The notes beneath the pieces were generated by a model. That model was not told where the DNA came from. It saw only the letters and a list, made by a program, of their open reading frames with translations, and ran no database searches. From Alphaproteobacteria bacterium (GTDB lineage Bacteria > Pseudomonadota > Alphaproteobacteria > UBA7985 > JAUIBT01): a stretch of 64,000 nucleotides of DNA. Below, piece by piece: positions 12,345-20,734 of the stretch. The position numbers and the translations under genes are program-made. The stretch is taken from assembly GCA_030428255.1 (NCBI GenBank), contig JAUIBT010000004.1, positions 66,604-130,603 of the forward strand. Direction: 5' to 3'. Numbering within the stretch: position 1 is the first letter of the stretch; each line of letters begins with the position of its first letter.

Positions 12345-13736
12345 ATGCAGACTTACACCACCCCCCATGAGGCCGTTGAGGCCCTGATCGCGCTCTATGA
12401 TCAAGAGACCGGTCGCCTGCGCACCACCTTCGAAGCCTTTGTTGCTGGCGACGAGCCAGACGCCCCCGTGCGCGCCTATTACCCCGAAATTCGGGTCACC
12501 ATCACCGAGGCCCTGAACGACCACGACGGTCGCTCCTATGGCTTTTGTGATACCCGCGGCGAGTTCTCGACCACCCTGACCCGCCCAGACCTGTTCCGCC
12601 ATTACCTGCTGCGCCAGCTCAAGGAGCTGCGCCGCAACCACGGCTGTGATTTCCAGGTAGGGCTCAGCGATTTGCCGATCCCCATTCACTTCGCCTTTTC
12701 TGAGGGCATCTATGTCGAGGGCGCCTTTAGCGCTGACAAGCTGCAAGCCTTCAGCCGCCTGTTTGACGCCCCGGACCTGGCGACCATGGACGACCAACTG
12801 GTCAATGCCGAAGTGGATTTTCTGGGCTCGACCCTGCGCCCGTTGGCGCTGTTCAACGCCCCGCGCATGGATTATTCGCTGCACCGCTTGCGCCACTATA
12901 CAGGCACGGCCGCCGAGCACTTCCAGAGCTTTGTGCTGTTTACCAACTACCAGTTCTACGTGGATGGCTTCCGCGAGCTGGCCGAACGCAGCGTCGCCGA
13001 TTCCGCCAGCCCCTACATCGCCTTTGAGGAGCCGCATGCGGGCAATCCGCAGATGCCCGCCTATCACCTGAAGACCGCCGACGGCAGCGGCATTACGCTG
13101 GTCAACATCGGCGTAGGGCCCTCGAACGCCAAAACCATGACCGATCACATCGCAGTGCTCAGGCCCTCGGCCTGGATGATGCTGGGCCATTGCGCGGGCC
13201 TGCGCTTGACCCAGAGGCTGGGCGACTTCGTGCTGGCCCACGGCTATGTACGCGATGATCATGTGCTGGATGCCGACCTGCCGCTGTGGGTGCCGATCCC
13301 AGCGCTGGCCGAGGTGCAGCAGTCGCTAGAGCAGGCCGTCGCCGAGGTCTCGGGCCTGGAGGAAGACGCGCTGAAGCGGGTCATGCGCACCGGCACCGTG
13401 GCCTCGATCGACAACCGCAACTGGGAGCTGCGCGATCAGGCCGAGCCCGTGCGGCGCTTCTCTCAATCGCGCGCGATTGGCCTGGATATGGAGAGCGCGA
13501 CCATTGCCGCCAACGGCTTTCGCTTTCGCGTCCCCTATGGGACGCTGCTGATTGTCTCGGACCGGCCGCTGCACGGCGAGCTGAAGCTGCCCGGCATGGC
13601 CAGCCAGTTCTATCGCACGCAGGTGGCGCGGCATTTGGAGATTGGGGTGCGGGCCATGGAGCTGTTGCGCGATATGCCCGAGAGCCGCCTGCATTCGCGC
13701 AAGTTGCGCAGCTTTAACGAGGTTCCGTTTCGTTAG
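12345..13736 (+). CDS. amn: AMP nucleosidase
   Basis: 463 aa; N-terminal Amn-specific domain plus C-terminal PNP/UDP-type phosphorylase domain (GLDMESATIAANGFRFRVPYGTLLIVSDRPLHGE). Confidence 0.8.
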   Translation: MQTYTTPHEAVEALIALYDQETGRLRTTFEAFVAGDEPDAPVRAYYPEIRVTITEALNDHDGRSYGFCDTRGEFSTTLTRPDLFRHYLLRQLKELRRNHGCDFQVGLSDLPIPIHFAFSEGIYVEGAFSADKLQAFSRLFDAPDLATMDDQLVNAEVDFLGSTLRPLALFNAPRMDYSLHRLRHYTGTAAEHFQSFVLFTNYQFYVDGFRELAERSVADSASPYIAFEEPHAGNPQMPAYHLKTADGSGITLVNIGVGPSNAKTMTDHIAVLRPSAWMMLGHCAGLRLTQRLGDFVLAHGYVRDDHVLDADLPLWVPIPALAEVQQSLEQAVAEVSGLEEDALKRVMRTGTVASIDNRNWELRDQAEPVRRFSQSRAIGLDMESATIAANGFRFRVPYGTLLIVSDRPLHGELKLPGMASQFYRTQVARHLEIGVRAMELLRDMPESRLHSRKLRSFNEVPFR

Positions 13737-13840
13737 CGCAGAGCCCGAGCATTGGCCTTCAATTGCGACGGTGGCTTTGCGGTTGGGCGGGCAGGCGTCA
13801 CTGCGTTCCAAGCGTGCTACTCCGCCTTCCTGGCTGGGCG

Positions 13841-15232
13841 CTAGTCTTCGCTGTCGTCTTCTTCGTCTGCTTGCCAATGTGCTGGGCGGAACAGCCCTGG
13901 CGGCAATTTGGTGTGCCGGGCCCCTCGGGCGGCATCGATTTGCACTTGAGTCAAATTTTTTGATCTTCCAAAATCTAGCTTCTGAAAAAATGACTGGCTC
14001 AATACCGCCCTCGAGAGATTGGCTCCCGCCAATCTTGTCTCAATCAGTTGTGCCCTGCTCAAATCTGCCTCTTCAAGTATAGCATTAGTCAGATTGACCT
14101 TGTTCAAATGGGCTCTGATCATTCTCGCCCGCGTAATGTCCGCGCCTTTCAAATCGGCTTCGTACAATCTCGCACCGCCCATGCTGGCCCCAACAAGCTT
14201 GGCTCCAACCAACTTGGTCTCGATCAGTTTTGCAGCGTTTAGTTCTGCCTGCCACAAGTTGGCACCGATCAACTCAGTTCCCACCAGATCGGCTCCGTTC
14301 AGTTTGGTACTTGACAGATTTGCACCATTGAGAACGGCTTTGCTAGCAAGCGCACCTGTTAGGTTTGCTTCCCAAATCGCCGCCTTTTCAAAATTTGTAC
14401 CGATCAACTTTGCGCGACGCATATCCGCCTTCATCAATAGGGACGCTGTGAGATTATATCCTATCAAATTGGCCCCACTGAAAACAGCGCTACGGAAATC
14501 GACTTCGCAGAAATCCAGTGCTTTGTCATACGAAGAAAAACCCGCAGCAAATACCCCGCTCAAATCAATATATTTGTCACCGGGTACGCTCCGCCTGCGA
14601 CCGATCACTGTCAAGACACAGCAAATATCTAGGTTTGAATCTGAACCCTTGATCAGCTGCTCGGCAGCGTCGTTGCCCAGATCAGCCAGATCATCAACTG
14701 TCGGAAACGCCTTGGATTGCTCACGGGCAAAGCCGCTCAGGGTCTCAATGATCGACCAATAGAGATTGAAGTCGGTGTCCTGCACATCGCGCATCACCCT
14801 TTCCAGCGTATAGATTGCGCCGATCCGCACCGCCATTTTGTCAGACCCAAGTTGCTCGTAAGCCTTGGTCAAATCAGTCGAAATCTGTGTGTCCAGCGCG
14901 ACCTTGGCCTGAAGTCGGGAAGTCTCAGCTTCCTTTGCCGAAATGGCGTTGCGCCATATCCACATCGTGGCCAAAGCAATACCGGCCCAAAACGTCAGCA
15001 GGCCTGCTACGAGTTGCGCAATCGAATCTGGGTCTTTGAAAGCCTCCGCAGCCAGCGACGAACGGATCAGCGGAATCAATCGAGCAAAGAACGCCCAATT
15101 CGCGCCGAAGAACACTCCGACAAAAATCGCCACAAGCCAGAGCGGCAAATCCCATTGCCCACCGCGCCAAGGAACGGAAGCCACCCATTTGGCAAATCGG
15201 CTCTCCTTGTTCGCGTTTTTTGGCTCGGCCAC
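13841..15232 (-). CDS. membrane-anchored pentapeptide-repeat protein (463 aa)
   Basis: N-terminal TM helices (WLVAIFVGVFFGANWAFFARLIPLI, LVAGLLTFWAGIALATMWIW), C-terminal ~200 aa of A(D/N)LxxAxL pentapeptide repeats, acidic tail ADEEDDSED. Confidence 0.8.
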   Translation of the reverse strand: MAEPKNANKESRFAKWVASVPWRGGQWDLPLWLVAIFVGVFFGANWAFFARLIPLIRSSLAAEAFKDPDSIAQLVAGLLTFWAGIALATMWIWRNAISAKEAETSRLQAKVALDTQISTDLTKAYEQLGSDKMAVRIGAIYTLERVMRDVQDTDFNLYWSIIETLSGFAREQSKAFPTVDDLADLGNDAAEQLIKGSDSNLDICCVLTVIGRRRSVPGDKYIDLSGVFAAGFSSYDKALDFCEVDFRSAVFSGANLIGYNLTASLLMKADMRRAKLIGTNFEKAAIWEANLTGALASKAVLNGANLSSTKLNGADLVGTELIGANLWQAELNAAKLIETKLVGAKLVGASMGGARLYEADLKGADITRARMIRAHLNKVNLTNAILEEADLSRAQLIETRLAGANLSRAVLSQSFFQKLDFGRSKNLTQVQIDAARGARHTKLPPGLFRPAHWQADEEDDSED

Positions 15233-15364
15233 CGCTCAACCCCACATGCGTGCTAATCAAGTGGTGACCCTAGGCTCTATCCACCCTGCGCTCAAGGCCC
15301 CTGCCCAGCTTATACCCAGGCGGTAGGGCCAACGGCGCGGCATGCAAGCGTCCCGCCCCAGCCC

Positions 15365-15838
15365 TCAATCCAGCGCGCCCAGCATGACATAGCGCAGCAT
15401 AGCCACCACCTGCTCGGGCGTTTGGCAGACCGCGTTGGCCGCCGCGTCCACTTCCTTCAGCGCGTGGGCGTGCTCGGCTTGATGCATAATGATCAGCGGC
15501 TTGCCCAGGGCGGCGGCATAGCCCGCATCAAAGGCGGCGTTCCACTGCTTGTACTTGTCGCCAAAGCGCACCACCACCAAATCGGCGCCCTCGATCAAAC
15601 GGCGGGTGCGGATGGCGTTCAGCGAGGCCCCCTTGCGGTCGTGCCAGACCTTATCCGGCTCAGCGCCCAAGATGGCCACACCGCAATCATCCGAGGCCTC
15701 GTGATCGGTGACCGGCGCCGTCAGACGCACGGCCAAGCCCGCCTCAGCCACCCCCGCTGCGATGGCCTCGCGCCAGTCGGTGTGGATCTCGCCAGACAGG
15801 TAGACGGTAAAAGCGGTGGGGTTCATAGCAGGCTTCAT
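15365..15838 (-). CDS. YtoQ-family protein (nucleoside 2-deoxyribosyltransferase-like)
   Basis: TVYLSGEIHTDWRE N-terminal motif and overall YtoQ-like sequence; start ambiguous (MKPAMNP at 15838 or MNP at 15826; track ORF starts 15871). Confidence 0.7.
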   Translation of the reverse strand: MKPAMNPTAFTVYLSGEIHTDWREAIAAGVAEAGLAVRLTAPVTDHEASDDCGVAILGAEPDKVWHDRKGASLNAIRTRRLIEGADLVVVRFGDKYKQWNAAFDAGYAAALGKPLIIMHQAEHAHALKEVDAAANAVCQTPEQVVAMLRYVMLGALD

Positions 15839-15992
15839 AGCAGGGGCTCCGATCTTGGTAAGGGCGGTCAAACAGGCTCATGTTATGGCCCGCACGCCGC
15901 GCCTTGGCCAGCCCTGACCAGCCTCGGCCAACCTGGTGCTCGCCGTTTCCCTCAAGGTGGGACGCAAGCCCGGCAACAAAAAAAGGCCCGGC

Positions 15993-16026
15993 CACAAAAA
16001 AGGCCCCGCCAAACGGCAGGGCCTTG
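15993..16026 (-). terminator. rho-independent terminator downstream of icd
   Basis: On minus strand GGCCCTGCC-GTTT-GGCGGGGCC hairpin followed by TTTTTTG, about 28 nt after icd stop. Confidence 0.6.
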
Positions 16027-16053
16027 TCCAACTGTGGTGCGGGAGGCTTTGGC

Positions 16054-17268
16054 CTACGCCATGGCCGCCTGCAGGTTCTCGTCGATCTTGTCCAAGAACT
16101 GACGGGTGGTCAGCCAGCCCTGCTCGGGCGAGACCAGCAGCGCCAGGTCCTTGGTCATAAAGCCGCTCTCGACGGTCTGAACGCAGACCTTTTCCAACGT
16201 CTTGGCAAAGCGGCACACCTCGGGCGTGCCGTCGAACTGACCGCGATAGTCCAGGCCGCGCGTCCAAGCAAAGATCGAGGCGATGGGGTTGGTCGAGGTC
16301 TCTTTGCCCTGCTGGTGCAAGCGATAGTGGCGGGTCACGGTGCCGTGCGCCGCTTCAGCTTCAACAGTCTGCCCGTCGGGGGTCATCAGCACTGAGGTCA
16401 TCAGGCCCAGCGAGCCGAAGCCTTGCGCAACGGTGTCAGACTGCACGTCGCCATCATAGTTCTTACAGGCCCACACGAAGCCGCCCGACCACTTCAGAGC
16501 GGAGGCCACCATGTCGTCGATCAGGCGGTGCTCATAGGTGATACCCTTGGCATCGAACTGCTCCTTGAACTCGGTCTCGAACACCTCTTGGAACAGGTCC
16601 TTAAAGCGACCGTCATAGGCTTTCATGATGGTATTCTTGGTGGACAGGTAGACCGGCCAGCCCAGGTTCAGGCCATAGTTCAGCGAGGCGCGGGCAAAGC
16701 CACGGATCGATTCGTCCAGGTTATACATGGACATGGCCACGCCGCTGTCAGGGAAGTCGAAAACCTCGCGCTCAATAGTCTCAGAGCCATCGGCAGACTG
16801 CCACTTCATGATCAGCTTGCCAGCGCCGGGCACCTTAAAGTCGGTGGCGCGGTACTGGTCGCCAAAGGCATGACGGCCGATAACGATGGGCTTGGTCCAG
16901 CCCGGAACCAGTCGCGGCACGTTGTTCATGATGATCGGCTGGCGGAAGACGGTGCCGCCCAGGATGTTACGAATGGTGCCGTTGGGCGACTTCCACATCT
17001 GCTTGAGATTAAACTCTTCGACGCGGGCTTCATCGGGGGTGATAGTGGCGCACTTGACGCCGACGCGGTATTGCTTGATGGCGTTGGCGGCGTCGATGGT
17101 GATCTGGTCATCGGTCTCGTCGCGCTTTTCGACTGACAGATCGTAGTACTTCAGGTCGATGTCCAGGTAAGGCAGGATCAGGCGTTGCTTGATGAAGTCC
17201 CAGATGATGCGGGTCATTTCATCGCCGTCGAGCTCGACGACTGGGTTAAGCACCTTAATTTTGGCCAT
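16054..17268 (-). CDS. icd: NADP-dependent isocitrate dehydrogenase (eukaryote-like ~404-aa type)
   Basis: [57 protein letters not shown]... full-length match to IDH1/IDH2-type enzymes. Confidence 0.95.
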   Translation of the reverse strand: MAKIKVLNPVVELDGDEMTRIIWDFIKQRLILPYLDIDLKYYDLSVEKRDETDDQITIDAANAIKQYRVGVKCATITPDEARVEEFNLKQMWKSPNGTIRNILGGTVFRQPIIMNNVPRLVPGWTKPIVIGRHAFGDQYRATDFKVPGAGKLIMKWQSADGSETIEREVFDFPDSGVAMSMYNLDESIRGFARASLNYGLNLGWPVYLSTKNTIMKAYDGRFKDLFQEVFETEFKEQFDAKGITYEHRLIDDMVASALKWSGGFVWACKNYDGDVQSDTVAQGFGSLGLMTSVLMTPDGQTVEAEAAHGTVTRHYRLHQQGKETSTNPIASIFAWTRGLDYRGQFDGTPEVCRFAKTLEKVCVQTVESGFMTKDLALLVSPEQGWLTTRQFLDKIDENLQAAMA

Positions 17269-17552
17269 GGGCTAAGTCTCTTTCTTGAGTTCCGCAGTTT
17301 CTTGAATGCCGCAGTCTGGCACTCCACAGCAGGTCGAGTTCACCGCGCGGGGTCGCGTCGTGCGCATACAGCGTCGCCGTGCGACGGTCGGTTGGGTGGC
17401 GCGACATTAGGCGCACGGCCCTTTGGGCGCAAGAGCTAGGGTGCGCCAAACTCTATGACATGTCGCCCCATGTAAAATCGGTTTGTAAAGGCGGGACTTC
17501 GAAGCAAACGCGCTTCTAAGAGCGGGCCCAACTGCCCGCTTTGGGCGACACG

Positions 17553-18191
17553 CTAGCCCTGAGCCAGCGGCCCGCGCCCGGCCAGCGCTTTGCTCAAATC
17601 GGCGATAATCGCTTCAGGGTTGGTCGCCAGGCTGTAAAGATCCTCAAACCGATTGTGCAAATAATCCTGAGACTCGAAGTGGTCGAACAGCGCGATCAAG
17701 GGCTGCCAAAAGCCGCCAAAGTCCGCAAAAACGATGGGTTTGTCGAGTTGACCCAGTTGCTTGAGCGTCACCACCTCCATCACCTCCTCCAGCGTGCCAA
17801 AGCCGCCGGGCAAGATGACAAAGGCGTCTGCGCGCTGCATCATGATATTCTTACGTTGGTGCATGGTTTCGACCACGATCAGCTCGGCCAGGTCGCGATT
17901 GGCGGCCTCCATGTCCAGCAGGAAACGGGTGATAACGCCCGTAACGGCAGCGCCTTCTTGCTGAGCGGCCAGGCTTGAGGCTCCCATCAGGCCGACCTTG
18001 CCCCCGCCGAACACAAAATCAGCGCCCGCCAAGCCCAGCGCGCGACCGACGGCCGAGGCCTGCTCGCGGTGCGCAACAGGTCCGCGCTGCGATGCTCCGC
18101 CATAGACACAGATGGTGTAGCCCAAAAGCGGACCTTTGCGAGGCCGGGAGTTCGATTCTCTCGACTGGCTCGCGAGTGATTGTTTTGACAT
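17553..18191 (-). CDS. LOG-family protein (cytokinin riboside 5'-monophosphate phosphoribohydrolase-like; TIGR00730)
   Basis: ICVYGGAS...GGGKVGLMG...PGGFGTLEE motifs; the ATG at 18191 gives a 24-aa N-terminal extension absent from typical LOG proteins; an in-frame TTG near 18116 with upstream AAAGG is an alternative start. Confidence 0.85.
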   Translation of the reverse strand: MSKQSLASQSRESNSRPRKGPLLGYTICVYGGASQRGPVAHREQASAVGRALGLAGADFVFGGGKVGLMGASSLAAQQEGAAVTGVITRFLLDMEAANRDLAELIVVETMHQRKNIMMQRADAFVILPGGFGTLEEVMEVVTLKQLGQLDKPIVFADFGGFWQPLIALFDHFESQDYLHNRFEDLYSLATNPEAIIADLSKALAGRGPLAQG

Positions 18192-18406
18192 CTTGCGTCG
18201 TTACTCTTAGGTAAGTGCGATTCCCTCGACTCGGTTTTGACCGAGCCGCCGGTCTCACATGACATGGAACTTTGAGAAGCGGTGCGGCGCGCACAGCGGC
18301 CTAACAGATGGCCGACAGCTCGCGCAAGGGCCCCAAAAGGCGATACTGACACGCCCAAGCCCCCAGCGCCTGCCGCAGCTTACAAAATGCGGGTTGGAAA
18401 GCAACG

Positions 18407-20572
18407 ATGCCGGCAAAAATTGCAGTCTTGATTTTGTTTTTGCTCGCCGCCGCGGGCGGTGGCACCTGGTGGCTTGTGACCCAGAACCCTGCCCCGGAGC
18501 CCGCCGCTGTCACTCAGCCCGAGGCAGAAGCCCCGGCTGAGCCCGTCGCGCCTGCGCCTGCTGAAGAGCCTGTTGTGGCTGAGGCCCCGGTTGAGCCCGC
18601 CGCTCCTGCGCCAACCGAGGAGCCCGCTGTGGCTGAGGCCCCGGCTGAGCCCGCCGCGCCTGCGCCCGCAGAAGAGCCCGTTGTGGCTGAGGCCCCGGCT
18701 GAGCCCGTCGCGCCTGCGCCCACCGAAGAACCTGCTGTGGCAGAAGCCCCAATTGAACCCACCGCGCCTGCGTCTACCGAAGAACCTGTTGTGGCTGAGG
18801 CCCCGGTTGAGCCCGCCGCTCCTGCGCCCGCTGAAGAACCTGCTGTGGCTGAGGCCCCGGTTGAGCCCGCCGCTCCTGCGCCCGCTGAAGAACCTGCTGT
18901 GGCTGAGGCCCCGGTTGAGCCCGCCGCGCCTGCGCCCGCTGAAGAACCTGCTGTGGCTGAGGCCCCGGCTGAACCCGCCGCGCCTGCGCCTACCGAAGAA
19001 CCTGTTGTGGCTGAGGCCCCGGTTGCGCCTGCCGCTCCGGCGTCTACCGACGAACCTGCTGTAGCTGAGGCCCCGGTTGAACCCGCCGCGCCTGCGCCCA
19101 CCGAAGAACCCGTTGTGGCTGAGGCCCCGGTTGAACCCGCCGCGCCTGCGCCCACCGAAGAACCCGCTGTGGCTGTAGCACCGCAAGACCTCAACACGCT
19201 GGAAGGTCTGTCGGCTTTGGTCGATTCTTTCCAGATTACCGAAGAGGACACCCAGGCTGCCTTTGGCGACGGCAGCCAGCTCTCAAGCAATGGCAAGGCC
19301 TCTGCGAGCGGCCTGGATCAGCTCGATCTGGCCAAAGCGGAGAGCGAGCCGAACCAAACTGGAGCGCCCAATTCACCCGACGCGCCGCAAGATCTGCTTG
19401 AAACCTCACAGGGCAGCTTTGATCTCATTCGCTTGGACCCGCAAGGCAAGGCCGTTCTGGCTGGCTCCAGCAACCGGCGGACTACCAGCTTGTTGATGAA
19501 CGACACTTTGCTTGAGAATCTGGAGGTGTCAGAAGCTGGGCAGTGGTCCTATGTAACCGACAAGCCGCTGCCGACCGGCGCACTGACCTTTGCCCTTGCC
19601 GTGCGCGACCCTGTGACGGGTGCCTTCTTGGAGCCCTACTTAGCGGTGGCCGCTCTGTTTATCGACGCTCCGCAAGCGCCAGGCAAGCAAGCCGAACAGG
19701 ACGCCAAGGCGGATCCTCAGATTGCCAAAGCCGACAGCAGCCCGCCCAGCACAAGTCCGTCAGACACAGGCCCAGCATCAGCCAACGCTGAAGCGGCCAG
19801 CGGCGAAGCCACACCTGCGCCCGCGCCTGCGCAAATCCCAGCGCCGCAAGCTTCGGAGCAGCAGACATCCGAGCCGCAGATTGCCGCCGCGACGCCCGAG
19901 GCCGCACCGTCTGACGATGCCGGAGCAAGCCCCGATCCAAGCAAGCTCGCGGACCAACTTATTGCCAAGGCCGACAGCTTGGCCGAACCGCTGAACCCCA
20001 AAGCCAACAGCGAACTCAAGACCGGTGAAGGTGGGCAAATGCGCCTGCTTGCGGTCTCCAAGAGCGCGGGCGATACGCAATTTCGCGTCCTGAGCGCCCA
20101 GCTTTCCGGCCCACAGCGCGACGGCGAATTGTTCCTTGAGCGCCTCGATTACGATTCCTTCGGCAATTTGGTCCTCACTGGCCAGGGCCAAGCTAGCCAG
20201 CGTGTCAATCTCTACGTCGATAACGTGCTGGTTGGTCAGCCGCGCGTGCGCCGCGACCAGCGCTGGCACCTGGCACCGCGGGGCTATCAGTGCGAGGTGG
20301 GCGAGCATACCCTGCGCGCCGATCTGGTCGATGACCAAGGCCAAGTCCTGTCCCGCGTTGAGCTGCCGTTCGAGCGCAAAGCCACATCCTGGGATACCTT
20401 GGGTAAGGTGGATCTGACCATCCGTCGCAATGACAATCTCTGGACCATCGCCTCGCGTGCTTTTGGCGAGGGGGTAAAATATACCTTGATCTATGAAAAC
20501 AATAACGATCAAATTTCAGACCCAAACTTGATCTACCCTGGCCAAGTCTTTGAGATTAAGCGTGAAAACTAG
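18407..20572 (+). CDS. membrane-anchored Pro/Ala/Glu-rich repeat protein with C-terminal LysM domain (721 aa)
   Basis: N-terminal TM anchor IAVLILFLLAAAGGGTWWLV; twelve 18-aa repeats AEAPxEPxAPAPxEEPxV; C-terminal LysM-like DNLWTIASRAFGEGVKYTLIYENNNDQISDPNLIYPGQVFEI. Confidence 0.8.
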   Translation: MPAKIAVLILFLLAAAGGGTWWLVTQNPAPEPAAVTQPEAEAPAEPVAPAPAEEPVVAEAPVEPAAPAPTEEPAVAEAPAEPAAPAPAEEPVVAEAPAEPVAPAPTEEPAVAEAPIEPTAPASTEEPVVAEAPVEPAAPAPAEEPAVAEAPVEPAAPAPAEEPAVAEAPVEPAAPAPAEEPAVAEAPAEPAAPAPTEEPVVAEAPVAPAAPASTDEPAVAEAPVEPAAPAPTEEPVVAEAPVEPAAPAPTEEPAVAVAPQDLNTLEGLSALVDSFQITEEDTQAAFGDGSQLSSNGKASASGLDQLDLAKAESEPNQTGAPNSPDAPQDLLETSQGSFDLIRLDPQGKAVLAGSSNRRTTSLLMNDTLLENLEVSEAGQWSYVTDKPLPTGALTFALAVRDPVTGAFLEPYLAVAALFIDAPQAPGKQAEQDAKADPQIAKADSSPPSTSPSDTGPASANAEAASGEATPAPAPAQIPAPQASEQQTSEPQIAAATPEAAPSDDAGASPDPSKLADQLIAKADSLAEPLNPKANSELKTGEGGQMRLLAVSKSAGDTQFRVLSAQLSGPQRDGELFLERLDYDSFGNLVLTGQGQASQRVNLYVDNVLVGQPRVRRDQRWHLAPRGYQCEVGEHTLRADLVDDQGQVLSRVELPFERKATSWDTLGKVDLTIRRNDNLWTIASRAFGEGVKYTLIYENNNDQISDPNLIYPGQVFEIKREN
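18527..19175 (+). repeat. 12 near-identical 54-bp tandem repeats (coding, in frame)
   Basis: Unit GCTGAGGCCCCGGTTGAGCCCGCCGCTCCTGCGCCCGCTGAAGAACCTGCTGTG repeated head-to-tail with few substitutions. Confidence 0.9.
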
Positions 20573-20734
20573 AGCAAGCCTTGAGGTATAGAGGCCCGCA
20601 GACCGCTGACTTCAGCCAAGTCGGCCAAAAGTGGACCTCGACACCCCACTGCGGACGGTGAAAACCGCCCCAGATCGCGCGCTCCAGGGCCTGCGCATTG
20701 CACAACCTGCGTGTCGCACAAGGAGTGCCCCTGC

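Noticed and set aside
18380-19296. Minus-strand ORFs (268 aa RGG-rich; 260 aa Ser/Gly/Ala-rich) spanning the 54-bp repeat region
   Set aside because: Reverse-complement reading of the tandem repeats. The plus-strand gene has a TM anchor, a coherent repeat register and a C-terminal LysM domain.
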